Shown: one piece after another, positions 63,606 to 64,000 of the stretch | Position numbering within the stretch: the stretch's first letter is position 1 | Layout: every line of letters starts with the position of its first letter | Source of the DNA: Rhizophagus irregularis | Lineage: Eukaryota | Assembly: GCF_026210795.1 (NCBI RefSeq) | Contig: NC_089434.1 | Coordinates: forward strand, 1,240,001-1,304,000 | Direction: 5' to 3' | Length of the DNA stretch: 64,000 nucleotides | Program-made: the position numbers and the translations under genes | Notes under the pieces: generated by a model | What the model saw: the letters and a program-made list of their open reading frames with translations, nothing else | Database searches by the model: none | Told to the model about the DNA's origin: nothing

Positions 63606-64000
63606 TATATCATCTAAAAAATATGCAACTTTTTATATAATGATAGCATAAAATTAAATTAAGATTACCCGTAAACATCAAAATGATGAAAGGATTCACG
63701 AAGGTACAATTTGAAAAACAAATTAATACTTTGTTAACATTTATTAATGATTATATTTCTTTCTTTATTAGTATTACTAATTCACCTTCAGTATTGATAT
63801 TATTTATTTGTTTCAAAAAATATAATCATCAAAATTTCCAAATTAAATCACGTAATAAAATTGTGACTAATCTTGTTATCTTGGTAAATAATAATCTCAG
63901 TTCTTTTATTAATAAACATAACTTTATAACCATTAATAATTCTATTAATTAATAATTTATTATTATCACTTTCTAAATTAATATATATAATATAAGAATA

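Overview
Very AT-rich eukaryotic DNA with GT-AG introns and micro-exons. The gene content (tandem TKL-type kinases with HRDLHSGNIL/DLG motifs, an F-box/LRR gene, a Crinkler-like gene) strongly suggests an arbuscular mycorrhizal fungus (Rhizophagus-like); this is inference. The window is a repeat-rich accessory region. It holds: (1) a ~4 kb tandem duplication carrying two highly diverged small all-beta proteins and a conserved ~100-nt putatively structured element; (2) a decayed Crinkler/P-loop NTPase gene interrupted by a solo-LTR-like sequence, which is itself interrupted by a young 2.6 kb retroposon with a perfect 15-bp TSD, a (TAAA)n tail and one intact 685-aa ORF with no RT or endonuclease motifs; (3) a complete DIRS-1-type tyrosine-recombinase retrotransposon with ITRs, ICR and a Dam-like methyltransferase domain, inactivated by two CpG-type lesions; (4) four minus-strand kinase paralogues plus two remnants at different stages of decay; (5) an F-box pseudogene, several MITEs and Helitron-type remnants. 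No rRNA, tRNA or CRISPR array was recognised. All calls come from reading the sequence by eye; no searches were run.
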